64,000 nt of DNA from an uncultured virus (IMG/VR IMGVR_UViG_3300035698_020436) (IMGVR_UViG_3300035698_020436), one strand, 5' to 3'. Positions 32,345 through 43,870 are shown, counted from the stretch's first letter. The notes: generated by a model from the sequence alone, not told the origin. Numbers and translations are program-made.

Positions 32345-33556
32345 CAAGAACAAATGCCTGGCTGTAGTCACAGATCAGGAAACTGGTTTGTTACACGGAG
32401 CTATGTATTATAATCACCCAACCCCTTCAGGTTGTGAACGGTGGCTCTTAGGGGTTACCACAAACCCCTGTGACACTGAACTCGAAGCAGCTAAACTTAT
32501 CAATAAAGCTTATCCTGATGTGAAACCTTTGAAACTCAAAGGTCTCTCAACTGAGAGTTGTGATATTTTGGAACTTAAGCTGAAACGTGGGTCGTGCATC
32601 CATTGGATGCACCACAGAGACGGCAATAAGAAGCCTGCAAAGGGAGAAGATCCTGTTGACCCTATTGAGATTATAGAGGTCTCTAAGCCTTATAAGGAGA
32701 CTGAGATTGATCCAACTATTCAGGTGACTTCACTTCAACTGAAAAGGTTGATTGCCACAGGTAGAGTCGAGTTAGACAGTTGCCAACCTGTCTGTAGTGA
32801 TCTGTACTATTCGTATCTTCATTACCGTGTGAAACGTGGCGGAGAGAAACCAAAGGAAGTTCAAAATGTCATTGCTTGACGACTTCAAACTTGAAAAAAT
32901 AGACACCAACGTAGATAAGACTGAGTTTGTCATGGTGGTTATACCTCATGTAATTGATACCCCAGCCCTCGTGGATTATGAAGGGTTCAGCATTGAAACG
33001 GATGTACGTGAAGGTGGCCTGACTGCTGAAGATATGGGGTTCGGACCAACAGGTACAGCTCCAGGATTATGGATTGGTGAAGGTGTCCCTGTTTGGGTAC
33101 CTACAGGTTCAATGGACGGTTACCCAGGTGAATCTGAAACCGAAGCTACATATGATAACTTCACTTGGAGACGGCCAACCTCAGAAGAAATGGAAGCCTT
33201 AAATAACGAGGGGCTTTGGGGTAAACGTAAACGATGTTTACATTGTGGTGAGTACCTCACTGAGGGTGAAGAACTGATTTTACAAGTTAAGTTAACACCT
33301 GAAGATGAACCATCCTTTCAGAAGTTTTGTACTGAATGTTATGAAAAGGAGCTTGATAAATGAACGATAAAGACCTTGAAAATTTATGTTCAATCGAGCC
33401 GACTCAACCATGTCCTGACTGTGGGCAAATTGCCCTTGCTACATGGGTAGACATTGGTTTTGGACCATACTCTCAGCAGGCTGGTCCTTATTCCTGTACT
33501 GAATGTGATTGGGTAGAGCCTTGTCCTTATGTGAGTCCTGAAAAATGTGATCGGTG

Positions 33557-33640
33557 TGTGAGTTTTGACACCTGTTACACTCGTTTGGAGAAAAAATATG
33601 TGAGTTTTGACACCTGTTACACTCGTTTGGAGAAAAAATA
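33557..33640. repeat. perfect 42-bp tandem duplication at the 3' end of ORF 33360-33641
   Basis: TGTGAGTTTTGACACCTGTTACACTCGTTTGGAGAAAAAATA x2. Confidence 0.95.
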
Positions 33641-33906
33641 AGTGATGAATTTATATACTGTCAATATCCGTATTCCAAATAAAATACAGAGTATTAAAGA
33701 TGATGGTTCTATTGATGATTTGAAATGTTATCATTATTTAGTATTAGCATTAAAAAAAGATATCTACAGGTTAGTTTCAAGTATGCCTGAAATTAAGAAT
33801 TTTAAAATTAAACCAGACCAACTTGAAATATCATTGTTCGATGTACCTGCTGTTTTTACGGATGTAGGGGGAAATCAGGTTTGGTTTGATATAGAAAACA
33901 ATACTG

Positions 33907-34320
33907 ATGAATAATATGCCGGATGAGAGAACAGACTTGATATGCCCCGATTGCAAAGCCTTGATGGTTCTTAGAGAAGGAAAATTCGGTTTGTTCTATG
34001 GATGCTCAACATATCCTGAATGTACTTGTGCTCATGGTGCCCACAAAGAAGGTGGTGCTCCGCTTGGTATTCCGGCTAACCGTGAGACTAAGGACTGGAG
34101 AATTAAAGCTCATGATGCCTTTGATGGACTCTGGAAAGTGAAAAAAGCAATGACCCGGAAAGAGGCTTACCTGTGGATGTCCGAAGTTATGGAATTATCA
34201 CACAAGGATGCTCATATCGGTATGTTCGACATTGTTCAATGTGAGAAACTGATTGGTTTGGTATTTGATTTTATTAAAAAACTCCTGGATGAAGATCCGG
34301 GGATTGAATTAGAGGTGTAA
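33907..34320 (+). CDS. topoisomerase-type C4 zinc ribbon plus DUF3268-like protein
   Basis: CPDC...G.FGLFYGCS.YP.C; PLG.PA...R..AH.AFD.LW...AY.W...AHIG.F. Confidence 0.75.
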   Translation: MNNMPDERTDLICPDCKALMVLREGKFGLFYGCSTYPECTCAHGAHKEGGAPLGIPANRETKDWRIKAHDAFDGLWKVKKAMTRKEAYLWMSEVMELSHKDAHIGMFDIVQCEKLIGLVFDFIKKLLDEDPGIELEV

Positions 34321-34832
34321 TGATGACGAACTCTTGGAAAGAAGATATGTACAAAGGTTATCGGGTAGTGTGGTCACAAGGGCCATCTCTATCAATCCCT
34401 TCATGGTGTCTTTACACATTGGAGCAAACCCCCGGAGACAGTATGTGTGCTGATTGGTCTTTCTATAAAGGTGGTTTTGAAAAACTGAGGGATGCTCATA
34501 AATGGATAGATGAACAGGTAAAAAAGAAAACAGCAGAGTTTTCAAGACATATGCCTTGTGAACGGACTGATTTGATTTGTAAACAATACCCTATGAAACT
34601 CCAGACTGGAAAACACGGGCTATTCTACGGCTGTACTAACCACCCGAAATGCAATGGCTCTCACGGTGCCTGTGAAGATGGGTCACCGAAAGGAATCCCA
34701 GCCAAAGCCGAGACGAGACAGTGGAGACAGAAAGCAATTGCTGCTGTGGACATTCTGGCCAACCATCTGCCGAAAGCCAACATCAAAGATTGCCAAGCTA
34801 TTATTGAGCTGGCCAAGAAATTTCGATTTTAA
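34320..34832 (+). CDS. paralog with a degenerate zinc ribbon C-terminal half
   Basis: ERTDLIC...GLFYGC...C..HGA...G.P.GIPA..ET..WR.KA. Confidence 0.7.
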   Translation: MMTNSWKEDMYKGYRVVWSQGPSLSIPSWCLYTLEQTPGDSMCADWSFYKGGFEKLRDAHKWIDEQVKKKTAEFSRHMPCERTDLICKQYPMKLQTGKHGLFYGCTNHPKCNGSHGACEDGSPKGIPAKAETRQWRQKAIAAVDILANHLPKANIKDCQAIIELAKKFRF

Positions 34833-34833
34833 T

Positions 34834-34871
34834 GGCTTAGTTTCTCAAAGTTGTGGGTTGTTGATGTAAGA
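34834..34871 (+). promoter_or_regulatory. 38-bp element copy 18
   Basis: consensus match. Confidence 0.75.
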
Positions 34872-34885
34872 AGGAGAACAACAAT

Positions 34886-36466
34886 ATGCCTGAATTAAAA
34901 TGTTTTTATCATGAAACTTTAATTTATTATGACGGTATTCAAGTTTTCAAAGCATTAGATGACGCCCGTAAAAAGGTTTATCTTGGAGTTTGTGTTGAGA
35001 CTGGAAGTCTAGCAGATAAGTTTTTAGTCGTTGAAGTTAAACCTGACTCTGATTTATCTATAGAAAACCTGAGAACTCTAATCCTTGAACGCCCAAACCC
35101 TGAATGGTATCTGTTACAGACAGATGACTTTGAAGGAGCACTTCTCCTAAAACAACAATCAGGTGATATCCCTGAAGAATATTTACCAGAGAAAGAGATC
35201 AATATGCCCCTTATTTCAAAAGCAGCAAAACTTCTGGATGTTCCTGAAAAGGAACTCCAAGAATTCGATATGCCTGATACTTTCAATCCGGGCAATACCA
35301 TTGCCGGATACCTGTGCCGTCGTGGTGACCACCGATACGGAGCATTAGTCATTAATATGGTTAATGGTGTGGGTGTTGAACCTCAAGTTGTTTGGTGTAC
35401 ACCGAAGCTTCACTACCCCTTTGGTAGAACTGAAATGGAAGATCGTAACTACCATTTCCCCAAGAAAATCATCAGGGTTGGTGTCTATGAGAAACTGGAC
35501 GGCACGAATGTTCTGGCCTACTCCTATGCAGATGCAGAGGGAACACGGTACAGGACGTTCAAGACACGGCTGACCCCTATATTGTCAGACAACCGATTCG
35601 GAGCTCTGGCTCAAATGTGGAACGAGCTTCTGGAGGATAAACATCTTCAGATGATTACGTCTGTACAAGCTCTCAAAAACCAAACCCTCAGTTTCGAGAT
35701 GTACGGCTACCGGAATCCGCATCTTGTGGTATATAAAGATATTCCGCTGTCTGCCAAGCTGTTGTTTTCAGTGGATCAGATAGACCAGTCTATCCGACCG
35801 TCTAACGGGGTGTTCTTCGAGGATTGGGGGGGTGACCCTCCATATCAAATGTATGAAGATCAAGTCATGATGTGGCCAATGGCAGTCCTGACTGCCCCTC
35901 AGTGGGTTTTAGTACCAGAAGCTACCTTAGAGTCCCCAGAAGACCTTGTGGCCTTCTACGAGTCCAAGAGGGACGAAGCAGAGGCTCAGAACAAGAGCTT
36001 CGGGGAAGACACCGACAAGACTATTGAAGGTATAGAAGGATTTATCTTTTATACCCTCGTGGAAGGCGGAGAATGGGAGATGTGGAAATGTAAACCACCC
36101 TCAGTGGAAGATATTCACTGGACTCAAGGCAACTCCGTTCCGATGACTGTCATCGTACCAACGGCCTGGAATGCTCTGGAATCCTGTGATGGTGAACTGA
36201 CTCCCGAATACATTCGTAGTTTGTTGCTGGAAGAATTTAGCCCTGAGCAGGTCGGTAAATCCGAGATCCGAATCGGTAAAGCTGTAGCTTACATTAATGG
36301 CCGAGTGAACCGGCAGATCAAAGTCAGGGCACTGTATGATGACTCTGGTTTGGATTGGGAAAAAGATGGCCGTGGGAATATTATGAGAATGCTATCAAAA
36401 CATTTTGACAGCAAAGAAATGAAGAAAGTGTATCAATCTTTGACTGAAATGGGGATTGTAAAATGA
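34886..36466 (+). CDS. ATP-dependent ligase-type nucleotidyltransferase (putative RNA ligase) with extra N-terminal domain
   Basis: motif I YEKLDGTN, FEMYG, motif IV EGFIF, motif V WKCK. Confidence 0.7.
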   Translation: MPELKCFYHETLIYYDGIQVFKALDDARKKVYLGVCVETGSLADKFLVVEVKPDSDLSIENLRTLILERPNPEWYLLQTDDFEGALLLKQQSGDIPEEYLPEKEINMPLISKAAKLLDVPEKELQEFDMPDTFNPGNTIAGYLCRRGDHRYGALVINMVNGVGVEPQVVWCTPKLHYPFGRTEMEDRNYHFPKKIIRVGVYEKLDGTNVLAYSYADAEGTRYRTFKTRLTPILSDNRFGALAQMWNELLEDKHLQMITSVQALKNQTLSFEMYGYRNPHLVVYKDIPLSAKLLFSVDQIDQSIRPSNGVFFEDWGGDPPYQMYEDQVMMWPMAVLTAPQWVLVPEATLESPEDLVAFYESKRDEAEAQNKSFGEDTDKTIEGIEGFIFYTLVEGGEWEMWKCKPPSVEDIHWTQGNSVPMTVIVPTAWNALESCDGELTPEYIRSLLLEEFSPEQVGKSEIRIGKAVAYINGRVNRQIKVRALYDDSGLDWEKDGRGNIMRMLSKHFDSKEMKKVYQSLTEMGIVK

Positions 36467-37201
36467 ACAAACCACCTAGCAGAAAATGTAGGATGCAGTG
36501 TCCATTATCAGATAGGTGTCTTAGATATGATGCAAATATGAGTATCCATGACCCAACTATTTCTATTGGATATCAGGCAGATGAACAATACTGCCCGGAA
36601 CAGTTGCTTAAACCTGAGAAATCCGACGAGGACTTTCAGGCACAAGAACTGAAGCGGATACGGGATACATACAAGAATGACCCTACTATTCAGAATTTAG
36701 TTATAAGTGGCCGTCCCACAGACTTGATGGCTGTTGATGAGATTCTGGCGTTACGTGGCCATATTGATAAGATGATCGAGCTCGTTGAAACTACTTTAGA
36801 GCTTAATACTGCAGAACTTTTGAACTGGCTTAAAAAAGCCAAGAAAATTAGGAGGTAATAATGAGTTATTATGTATTGGATAGCAACCTGAAACTGAAGT
36901 TTGTGAGAAATCTGTCTGTCGGATGGTTACAGCATTTGGTTAGGTTTGGATTTACTGTACAGCATTTGTCAGACAGTACCATAAATATCCTAAAAAACCC
37001 CTGTGATCACAACGAGATTGGTGGATGCTCCAGTCACATAAATGCTTTGGAAGCAGTCCAAGAATATATAGTACCAGGTTCAAAAATTACCGTAGTTTAC
37101 CCAGAAAATGACTGGACTGTCGTTCGTACCATTTTTGAGAAAAAGGGTAAAAAAGAAATTATCGGCCATATGAAACCTGTATGGAAAACTAAGGAGACAG
37201 C

Positions 37202-37783
37202 ATGAAACTGAAAGACCGCCTGTTGGCATTCGTTGACGTTGAAACGACTGGGTTAGACCCAGAAAAACACGAGATGATCGAGTTTGCCTGTAAAACTTCT
37301 GACGGCAAGAAAATCCAGTTCAAGATCAAGCCTCAACACATCGAAACAGCTCACCCAAGAGCCTTGGAAGTGAACGGATACACCCCAGAACGATGGAAAG
37401 ATGCCATAGAGCCTAAACAGGCTGCTGCCATTATCCAAGAGTGGTTGGAAGAGGTTATCATCATCGGTCAAAGCATTAAATTTGATGTGGGTTTTATCAA
37501 AGCCTTGTTGAAACGGGAAGGTGTTGAATATGATAACAATTTCCTGAGATATTCTGGAGACACTGTTACCTTGGCACTGGCACATTTAGTCCCCAAAGGA
37601 CTCACGAACCTATCACTGAAATCTATCATGCAATTCCTTAATATGGAACCTGAGCCTGATGTCCATGAGGCTATGAATGGAGTGGACTGCTGCAAAGCTG
37701 TATGGGAAAAGTTAACAGATACAGGCTTCGATGCTTCCAAGTTCCACAAACATTACTCCGGCCCGGAGTACGATAAAGAGTAA
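37202..37783 (+). CDS. DEDDh 3'-5' exonuclease (DnaQ-like)
   Basis: DVETTGLD, FD, H.A...D motifs. Confidence 0.85.
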   Translation: MKLKDRLLAFVDVETTGLDPEKHEMIEFACKTSDGKKIQFKIKPQHIETAHPRALEVNGYTPERWKDAIEPKQAAAIIQEWLEEVIIIGQSIKFDVGFIKALLKREGVEYDNNFLRYSGDTVTLALAHLVPKGLTNLSLKSIMQFLNMEPEPDVHEAMNGVDCCKAVWEKLTDTGFDASKFHKHYSGPEYDKE

Positions 37784-37793
37784 ACAGCTCTTT

Positions 37794-37831
37794 GGCTTAG
37801 TTTTCGTTTCCCGTGGGTTGTTGATGTAAGA
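37794..37831 (+). promoter_or_regulatory. 38-bp element copy 19 heading the cas operon
   Basis: GGCTTAGTTT-TCGTTTCC-CGTGGGTTGTTG-ATGTAAGA. Confidence 0.75.
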
Positions 37832-37887
37832 ATGATGGTCTTAACTATACGGAGACAAATATTACTCTTAGAGTAATATAAAAAATA

Positions 37888-40695
37888 ATGGATAAATATC
37901 TTCAACTCACTCAAAACATTGCAGTTTTGTCTGGTCTGTTTCATGACTGGATTAAAGCCTCGGAGTTTTTTATAACAAAACTCCGAAAAAACGAAATTGT
38001 CCAAGACCCTCTAAGACATGATTGGCTATCTGCCGTGTTTTTTTCTTCTATAGTTGGGAAACAATCCGACCTTGAATGGCTTCAACAACTTATTGATGGG
38101 AATATCCCATCAGAATTTAAAATACCTGACAACCCATTAGAAAATCTCCCAGACACAGCTGCCGTTATATTTTGGTTAATTTTAACGCATCACAGATTAC
38201 CGATAATTGATCGATATAGAGGAAAAAACTGTGGGGATTTTCGGAATCTTTTTAAGTTTATTTCGGCTGAGTGGGGATACCAACATCTTAAAACCCAAGG
38301 CTTAGAGAAATGTTTTAAATTCCCTAAAGGATTACCAGACCATTCCCCTATTTTAGTACAACACATCCAGAAAGCAGCTCAGGATTTATATAATTCTATA
38401 GGTACGCTGGAGGAAGTAATCCAAAAAAGAAATCTTCGTACAATCCTGACTCAAGCTCGTATGGCTCTCATGTTAGCGGATCATTTCCATTCGTCCCAAG
38501 ATGCTGACCCAAACTGGCCGAAGACATATCCTGTTTTTGCTAATACGTACCGAGACACTGGTAAATTAAAGCAACGGCTTGATGAACACCTTGTCGGAGT
38601 AGCTAATCAGGCAGCCTTCAATGTGAAATTTCTGCATGAGCTTGTGGACATTAATCACAAACACCAAGCCTACCCGTCACTCGTTATTAAAAGCCCCGCT
38701 GAATTTCAATGGCAAGAAGATGCTGTCACAGTTATCCGAAACCAGTATCAAAAAGGAGGCTTTTTTGGGGTCAGTATTGCCAGTACAGGAACAGGTAAAA
38801 CATTAGGTAATGCTAAAATTATGCAAGCTCTATCGAAAGACGGGAAAGGACTTCATTATACATCAGCCCTTGGACTCCGAACCTTAACCCTACAAACTGG
38901 ATTGGAATACCGTGACCGGATTGGATTAACGGATAAAGATATGGCCGTTCTGATTGGTTCTACTGACAACCTGAATCCATTCTATGCAGGTTCAGAATCT
39001 GAAGACTGTTTATTAGATAATGAATTGATTGGGGGCTTGGCAGAAGCAGGGTTATCCCCAGTATTACGAGATGAAAAGAGCTGTCGGTTTTTCCACACTC
39101 CTGTGGTGGTTTGTACTATTGACCATCTAGTTGGGGCTACGGAAACTAGAAAGGGTGGCCGGTATATCCTACCTCTCCTTCGATTGATGTCTTCTGACCT
39201 AGTTATTGATGAAATAGATAATTTCTCAAATGGAGACTCCGTTGTTATTGGCCATTTAATCCATCTTGCTGGGATGTTAGGAAGAAAAGTCCTCATTTCC
39301 TCAGCCACAATTCCTCCTGATATGGCAGAAGGGTATTTTAATGCTTATCAGGCCGGTTGGGAAGAATTTTGTAAAAACCAATCTGAAAACCCTGCTGTTA
39401 GTTGTTTCTGGACAGATGAGTTTGGAGCAACACTTGAATCTGTGGAGACCCTGACTGAGTATCGGAAATACCATCAAGAATTTGTTGAACAGCGTGTCAT
39501 AGAATTAGCTAAGAAACCAATCAGACACCGAGTTAATATAGGGGAAATCCAACCTGTTAAAAATGAAAGCCGTAAAAAAACAAAAAACAGATTTTTTAAA
39601 TCCATGACAGATTGTTGTTTCGAATTACACAAGGACAATTACACTAAAGATGCCAAAACAGGTAAATTAGTGAGTATTGGTGTTATCAGAGTCAATACTA
39701 TAAATACTTGTGTATCACTTACAAAACATCTCTTGAAAACCAAACTTCCACCTAATATCGATATCCGAACAATGGCCTACCACAGCCAACAAGTTATGGC
39801 CTTGCGTAATGTTCAGGAGACTCATTTAGATAACGTGTTGAAAAGACACAAAGGTTCTCAAGCAATTTTTGATAACCCCATCATTAGAGAGCATGTAGAT
39901 AATAGCTCGGCTGATCATGTGATATTTATTCTTGTAGCTACTTCAATCGAAGAAGTTGGTAGAGATCATGATTTTGATTGGGGTGTAATCGAACCATCCT
40001 CATTTCGGGCAATTATTCAGCTAATAGGACGTATATTACGACATAGGATGAAAAATGTTACACAACCTAATGTAACGATTATGCAGTATAACTTAAAAGG
40101 CTTGCTTGGAGACCGACTCCCTTTCAAACTCCCAGGCTATGAATCTACTCAGCATGTTTTCAATTCTCATGATATTACTAACCTCATTGATAAGGAGACT
40201 ATCTGTGAAGGTTTGAATGCTACACCAAGAATTACCAAGAACACCCCCTTAGACCCCCAAAACAAGCTGGTAGACCTCGAACACACAATCACTCATGAAA
40301 CCCTATCTGATTACACCCAACAAGGGCCAGAGAGTCTTGCAGGCTGGGTTAAGACGTTTTGGTGGATGACTGCCACACCTCAAAAAATGAATAAGTTTCG
40401 GTCAGATTATCCCTGCCTTCGAGTCTTCTTGATCCCCACGGATGATGGTCCTGTTTTTTTTGAAAAAACAAAAAGACATGGGATTCGAAAAATCGAATCC
40501 TTGTATGGAGTTAGGGTAAACAAGTCTGATGATGAAATGCCTTTGAAAAGATTATGGCTTCATAGAGATTTTGAAACTATTATTGATGGTTTGGACCTTA
40601 TGATACACGGAGAAATCAACCTACCAACGTATGGTAAGGATAAAAATGAAATTCGTTATGAGTATTCTGACCAGTTTGGGTTAATTGCAAAATAG
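37888..40695 (+). CDS. cas3: type I-F Cas3 HD nuclease-helicase lacking the N-terminal Cas2 domain
   Basis: FHDWIKA at about residue 18, DPLRHDW, THHRLP, LADH, ASTGTGKT, DEID, SSAT, EVGRDHDFD, QLIGRILRHR. Confidence 0.93.
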   Translation: MDKYLQLTQNIAVLSGLFHDWIKASEFFITKLRKNEIVQDPLRHDWLSAVFFSSIVGKQSDLEWLQQLIDGNIPSEFKIPDNPLENLPDTAAVIFWLILTHHRLPIIDRYRGKNCGDFRNLFKFISAEWGYQHLKTQGLEKCFKFPKGLPDHSPILVQHIQKAAQDLYNSIGTLEEVIQKRNLRTILTQARMALMLADHFHSSQDADPNWPKTYPVFANTYRDTGKLKQRLDEHLVGVANQAAFNVKFLHELVDINHKHQAYPSLVIKSPAEFQWQEDAVTVIRNQYQKGGFFGVSIASTGTGKTLGNAKIMQALSKDGKGLHYTSALGLRTLTLQTGLEYRDRIGLTDKDMAVLIGSTDNLNPFYAGSESEDCLLDNELIGGLAEAGLSPVLRDEKSCRFFHTPVVVCTIDHLVGATETRKGGRYILPLLRLMSSDLVIDEIDNFSNGDSVVIGHLIHLAGMLGRKVLISSATIPPDMAEGYFNAYQAGWEEFCKNQSENPAVSCFWTDEFGATLESVETLTEYRKYHQEFVEQRVIELAKKPIRHRVNIGEIQPVKNESRKKTKNRFFKSMTDCCFELHKDNYTKDAKTGKLVSIGVIRVNTINTCVSLTKHLLKTKLPPNIDIRTMAYHSQQVMALRNVQETHLDNVLKRHKGSQAIFDNPIIREHVDNSSADHVIFILVATSIEEVGRDHDFDWGVIEPSSFRAIIQLIGRILRHRMKNVTQPNVTIMQYNLKGLLGDRLPFKLPGYESTQHVFNSHDITNLIDKETICEGLNATPRITKNTPLDPQNKLVDLEHTITHETLSDYTQQGPESLAGWVKTFWWMTATPQKMNKFRSDYPCLRVFLIPTDDGPVFFEKTKRHGIRKIESLYGVRVNKSDDEMPLKRLWLHRDFETIIDGLDLMIHGEINLPTYGKDKNEIRYEYSDQFGLIAK

Positions 40696-40708
40696 AAAGG
40701 ATTTGAAA

Positions 40709-41944
40709 ATGGATATTGAAATCCAGAAGTTTTTTGATGAACGTATCAAGAAAAAAATTAAGCATGGAAGTCAAAATATACCTGATGAACAGATGCCTGA
40801 TTTTGAGAACAAAATCAGGGAGAATTTTGTTTTGGAAACGTGGTTGCCAATAGCTGCGGAAAAAGCAAAATTCGTTACTCTCCGAACCCACTCAGGGAAA
40901 ATGACTCACCCTAGTGCCCGGACATCTTCGTTCGTAGCCAAGAAACCCCAAGAAAATGATGGTTATCTTCGAACAGGGAATGTTTCTGTAGAAACAGATA
41001 TGTGTGGAGGTGGGGCAGCCAGCCTAATCTATTATGCCTTCATGAACCTCAAGCTGACTGATGGGCAAACCATTTTAAGCCACCTACAAAAGTCTACTGA
41101 CTATATCAAACAGCAATTCGATATCCCTACAATGTCGTTCGATGACATCCAAAAAGGTTTTCTGGCTGTTTTTGATGAAACAGATGAAGACATTTATACT
41201 GATGGTTTACTCCGAGAAGTATTTTTCCCAGTTGACGATGGTTATCATCTTCTGTCCATTACGAGCCCTTCTGGGATCATTTTTGCCCAAACTGACAAAA
41301 TTGATAAAATCCGTTTCTCAGAAGAAACTAAAGAAATCCGAAAACTTAAACGGCAGGGAAAACCGTCAGATAAAGGTTTTACCGAATTTTTTGACCTGAC
41401 CATTGCCAACTATGGAGGTTCTCAACCTCAGAACATCGGAGCTCTCAACAGCAAGTACAAAAAAGTATACTTGTTATCAGCTTCCCCACCTCAGTTTAAA
41501 AAACGGAAAACCAAGCTACCCAAAACGAACTTTATGTCTATTCTGTGGGTAAAAGGCTTTCAGAGGTCTTTCCAGAAATTTCATACTCAGATAGCTATTA
41601 AAAAACAAAACCAACATAGCCGTCTCCGACGTGATAACCATATTCGGTTCATTGTGGACCAAATCTCTAAACAGATGTGGGCAGTTCGACAGACTGAGCC
41701 TGGATGGTCTAATTCAGATACCTATAGATCATTGCCCAGACATCAAAAAATCTGGTTGGATCAACAGTATGCTGGCAACCGCTATGACAATCCCGATTGG
41801 ATGGGCAAAGTAATTGCTGATATTAGCAGATGGTTCATCAACTCTTATAACACCCTGCTCGGTTCTGATGCAGAGTTGCTTGACGATACTGATTTGAGAC
41901 ATGTGGAAACTATCATTCAAGAATGTGAGGAGGCCATCCGATGA
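40709..41944 (+). CDS. cas8f: type I-F Cas8f (Csy1)
   Basis: TH..K.THP, FFPV...YHLLS, YGGSQPQNIG.LNS, YLL...PP. Confidence 0.92.
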   Translation: MDIEIQKFFDERIKKKIKHGSQNIPDEQMPDFENKIRENFVLETWLPIAAEKAKFVTLRTHSGKMTHPSARTSSFVAKKPQENDGYLRTGNVSVETDMCGGGAASLIYYAFMNLKLTDGQTILSHLQKSTDYIKQQFDIPTMSFDDIQKGFLAVFDETDEDIYTDGLLREVFFPVDDGYHLLSITSPSGIIFAQTDKIDKIRFSEETKEIRKLKRQGKPSDKGFTEFFDLTIANYGGSQPQNIGALNSKYKKVYLLSASPPQFKKRKTKLPKTNFMSILWVKGFQRSFQKFHTQIAIKKQNQHSRLRRDNHIRFIVDQISKQMWAVRQTEPGWSNSDTYRSLPRHQKIWLDQQYAGNRYDNPDWMGKVIADISRWFINSYNTLLGSDAELLDDTDLRHVETIIQECEEAIR

Positions 41945-42834
41945 AAGACATTTTACTGATACCAAAGATACAAGCTGAAAGTGCCAATGCTCATTCCAGT
42001 CCATACTCCGGCGGATTTCCTGCTATGACGGCTTGGATGGGTTTTGCTCATTTGCTTGAAAGAAAACTTCAACAGACTTCTTATGCAGGGATCAAGTTTA
42101 AAAGTGTTGGGGTGGTGAGTCATGATTTTACTTTGAGAAATTTTAAGCACCCCAAGGATTTCTGTTCCGCTATTATTGGCAGACGTTTACCCCCTCAAAA
42201 CCCTAGTCAAAAAGGGGCACCTCTGATTCCCGACTTAACCTGTGACCTAACGGTTTCTATAGTGTTGGAATGTTCAGGGATGGGGATGATAGATCATGAA
42301 GATTTCACCAACACTATTAGGAAAATCATTTATAGTCTTAAATTGGCTAGTGGTGATATTGTAAACCTCCAAAAACCAGAAGTTCTCACCGTCCATGATG
42401 AGAAAAGCCAAAAAACCCTGCTCCGTCGGCTTATGCCAGGTAACTGTCTGATTGAACGTCGGGATCTGATACAGAAAGCTATGGAAAACGGCCAAGATGC
42501 CCTTGAAGCTGTTCTTTCTCATACTTGTATAGAACACTCATATAATGAGGTAACAGATAAGTGGGAAAGTAAACGGAAAACATCAGGTTGGCTGGTTCCA
42601 ATTACTACAGGTTATCAAGGACTCACTAAATTGGGTCCTGCTGAAAACACACGAGATGCAAACGATACCCCACACCGATTTGCTGAAGCTATTGTAACAT
42701 TATGTGAATTTATCATGCCATATAAAATTGTCGAACTTGATAACATGCTATGGCACTATCATTCTGATATGAACAAAGACCTTTATCTTTGTCAACAGAA
42801 TAAACCTACATACTCAGGAGAAAACTATGTCTAA
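41941..42834 (+). CDS. cas5f: type I-F Cas5f (Csy2)
   Basis: ANA.SSP...GFPAMTAW.GF.H.LER, GWLVPI..GY, HRFAE. Confidence 0.93.
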   Translation: MKDILLIPKIQAESANAHSSPYSGGFPAMTAWMGFAHLLERKLQQTSYAGIKFKSVGVVSHDFTLRNFKHPKDFCSAIIGRRLPPQNPSQKGAPLIPDLTCDLTVSIVLECSGMGMIDHEDFTNTIRKIIYSLKLASGDIVNLQKPEVLTVHDEKSQKTLLRRLMPGNCLIERRDLIQKAMENGQDALEAVLSHTCIEHSYNEVTDKWESKRKTSGWLVPITTGYQGLTKLGPAENTRDANDTPHRFAEAIVTLCEFIMPYKIVELDNMLWHYHSDMNKDLYLCQQNKPTYSGENYV

Positions 42835-43858
42835 AGTCAAAATCCCCGGGAATTTGTCATTCCGCAAGCGTTTAGAACCCTCAAAAGGAATCCTTTTTGG
42901 AACTTCCTGGGACAAACGCCGAGAAATTTGTGTCCCTTTAACCAATGAACTTATCACTGTCAGAGGTGGTAAAACTCACCACCAAAATTTCCCTGACAAT
43001 CGTGAGAAAGGTGAGTCTGAGTTGGGTGATGCCAACATCCACACTCTTGATTCCTGTTTGTTGTCCAAGGATCACGATACCGTGCGTTTAACTTACACCT
43101 TGAAAGTTCTCAACGGTGTTGCCGGTATGGAAAGCTGTAATGACAAAGAATTCCTTAACCTGTTCGAGGAATGCTTAAAAGAAAAACTGGATACTGTTGG
43201 AGTGAAAGTTCTGGCCCATCGTTATGCCACCAACATTGCCAATGGTCGTCCTTTGTGGAAAAACCGTGAAGCTACCCATATTGAAACGGTCGTTCGTTGC
43301 CGTGGCAGTGAGACAGAGTGGGTTTTTGACGGTAAAGAAATCCCATTGCATACTTTCGATTATGAAAGTTCTGCATTGACAGGGCTAACTCAAGTCATTG
43401 AAGATGCTTTGTTAGGTAACACTGACCTTATCATTCTGGAAGTGTCCTCATACGCTTTGGTCGGTCAAGGTCAGCCGGTATTCCCCAGTCAAGAATTCAT
43501 TCAGGATCAAGGGAATGGTTTCAGCTCGAAGAAAGACGGGAAGAAAAGCAAAGTTTTATACTTCCCCGAAGATGTAGCCGGCCTGCACCCGCAAAAAATC
43601 GGTAATGCCATCCGTACTATTGATTCATGGTATGGAGACGGTGTCTCTCCGATTGCTGTGGAACCTTACGGTGCCCAGCCTACTTTCAATACCCATCACC
43701 GTAGCCCTTACGAACAAAAGGACTTTTATTCCATGTTGGTGAAATTTGTGAACAAGGAAGAATTGACCGAATCCGAAGTTCATTACTTCATGGCCATGCT
43801 GGTCAAAGGTGGTGTGTTTGGTGCAGCCAAATCCAAGCCTAAACCCAAATCCAAGTAG
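42827..43858 (+). CDS. cas7f: type I-F Cas7f (Csy3)
   Basis: LSF...L.PS, RYA.NIANGR.LW.NR, VFPSQEF, H.QKIGNAIRTID.WY, AVEPYG, GGVFG. Confidence 0.95.
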   Translation: MSKVKIPGNLSFRKRLEPSKGILFGTSWDKRREICVPLTNELITVRGGKTHHQNFPDNREKGESELGDANIHTLDSCLLSKDHDTVRLTYTLKVLNGVAGMESCNDKEFLNLFEECLKEKLDTVGVKVLAHRYATNIANGRPLWKNREATHIETVVRCRGSETEWVFDGKEIPLHTFDYESSALTGLTQVIEDALLGNTDLIILEVSSYALVGQGQPVFPSQEFIQDQGNGFSSKKDGKKSKVLYFPEDVAGLHPQKIGNAIRTIDSWYGDGVSPIAVEPYGAQPTFNTHHRSPYEQKDFYSMLVKFVNKEELTESEVHYFMAMLVKGGVFGAAKSKPKPKSK

Positions 43859-43870
43859 GAGAAAAAGAAC

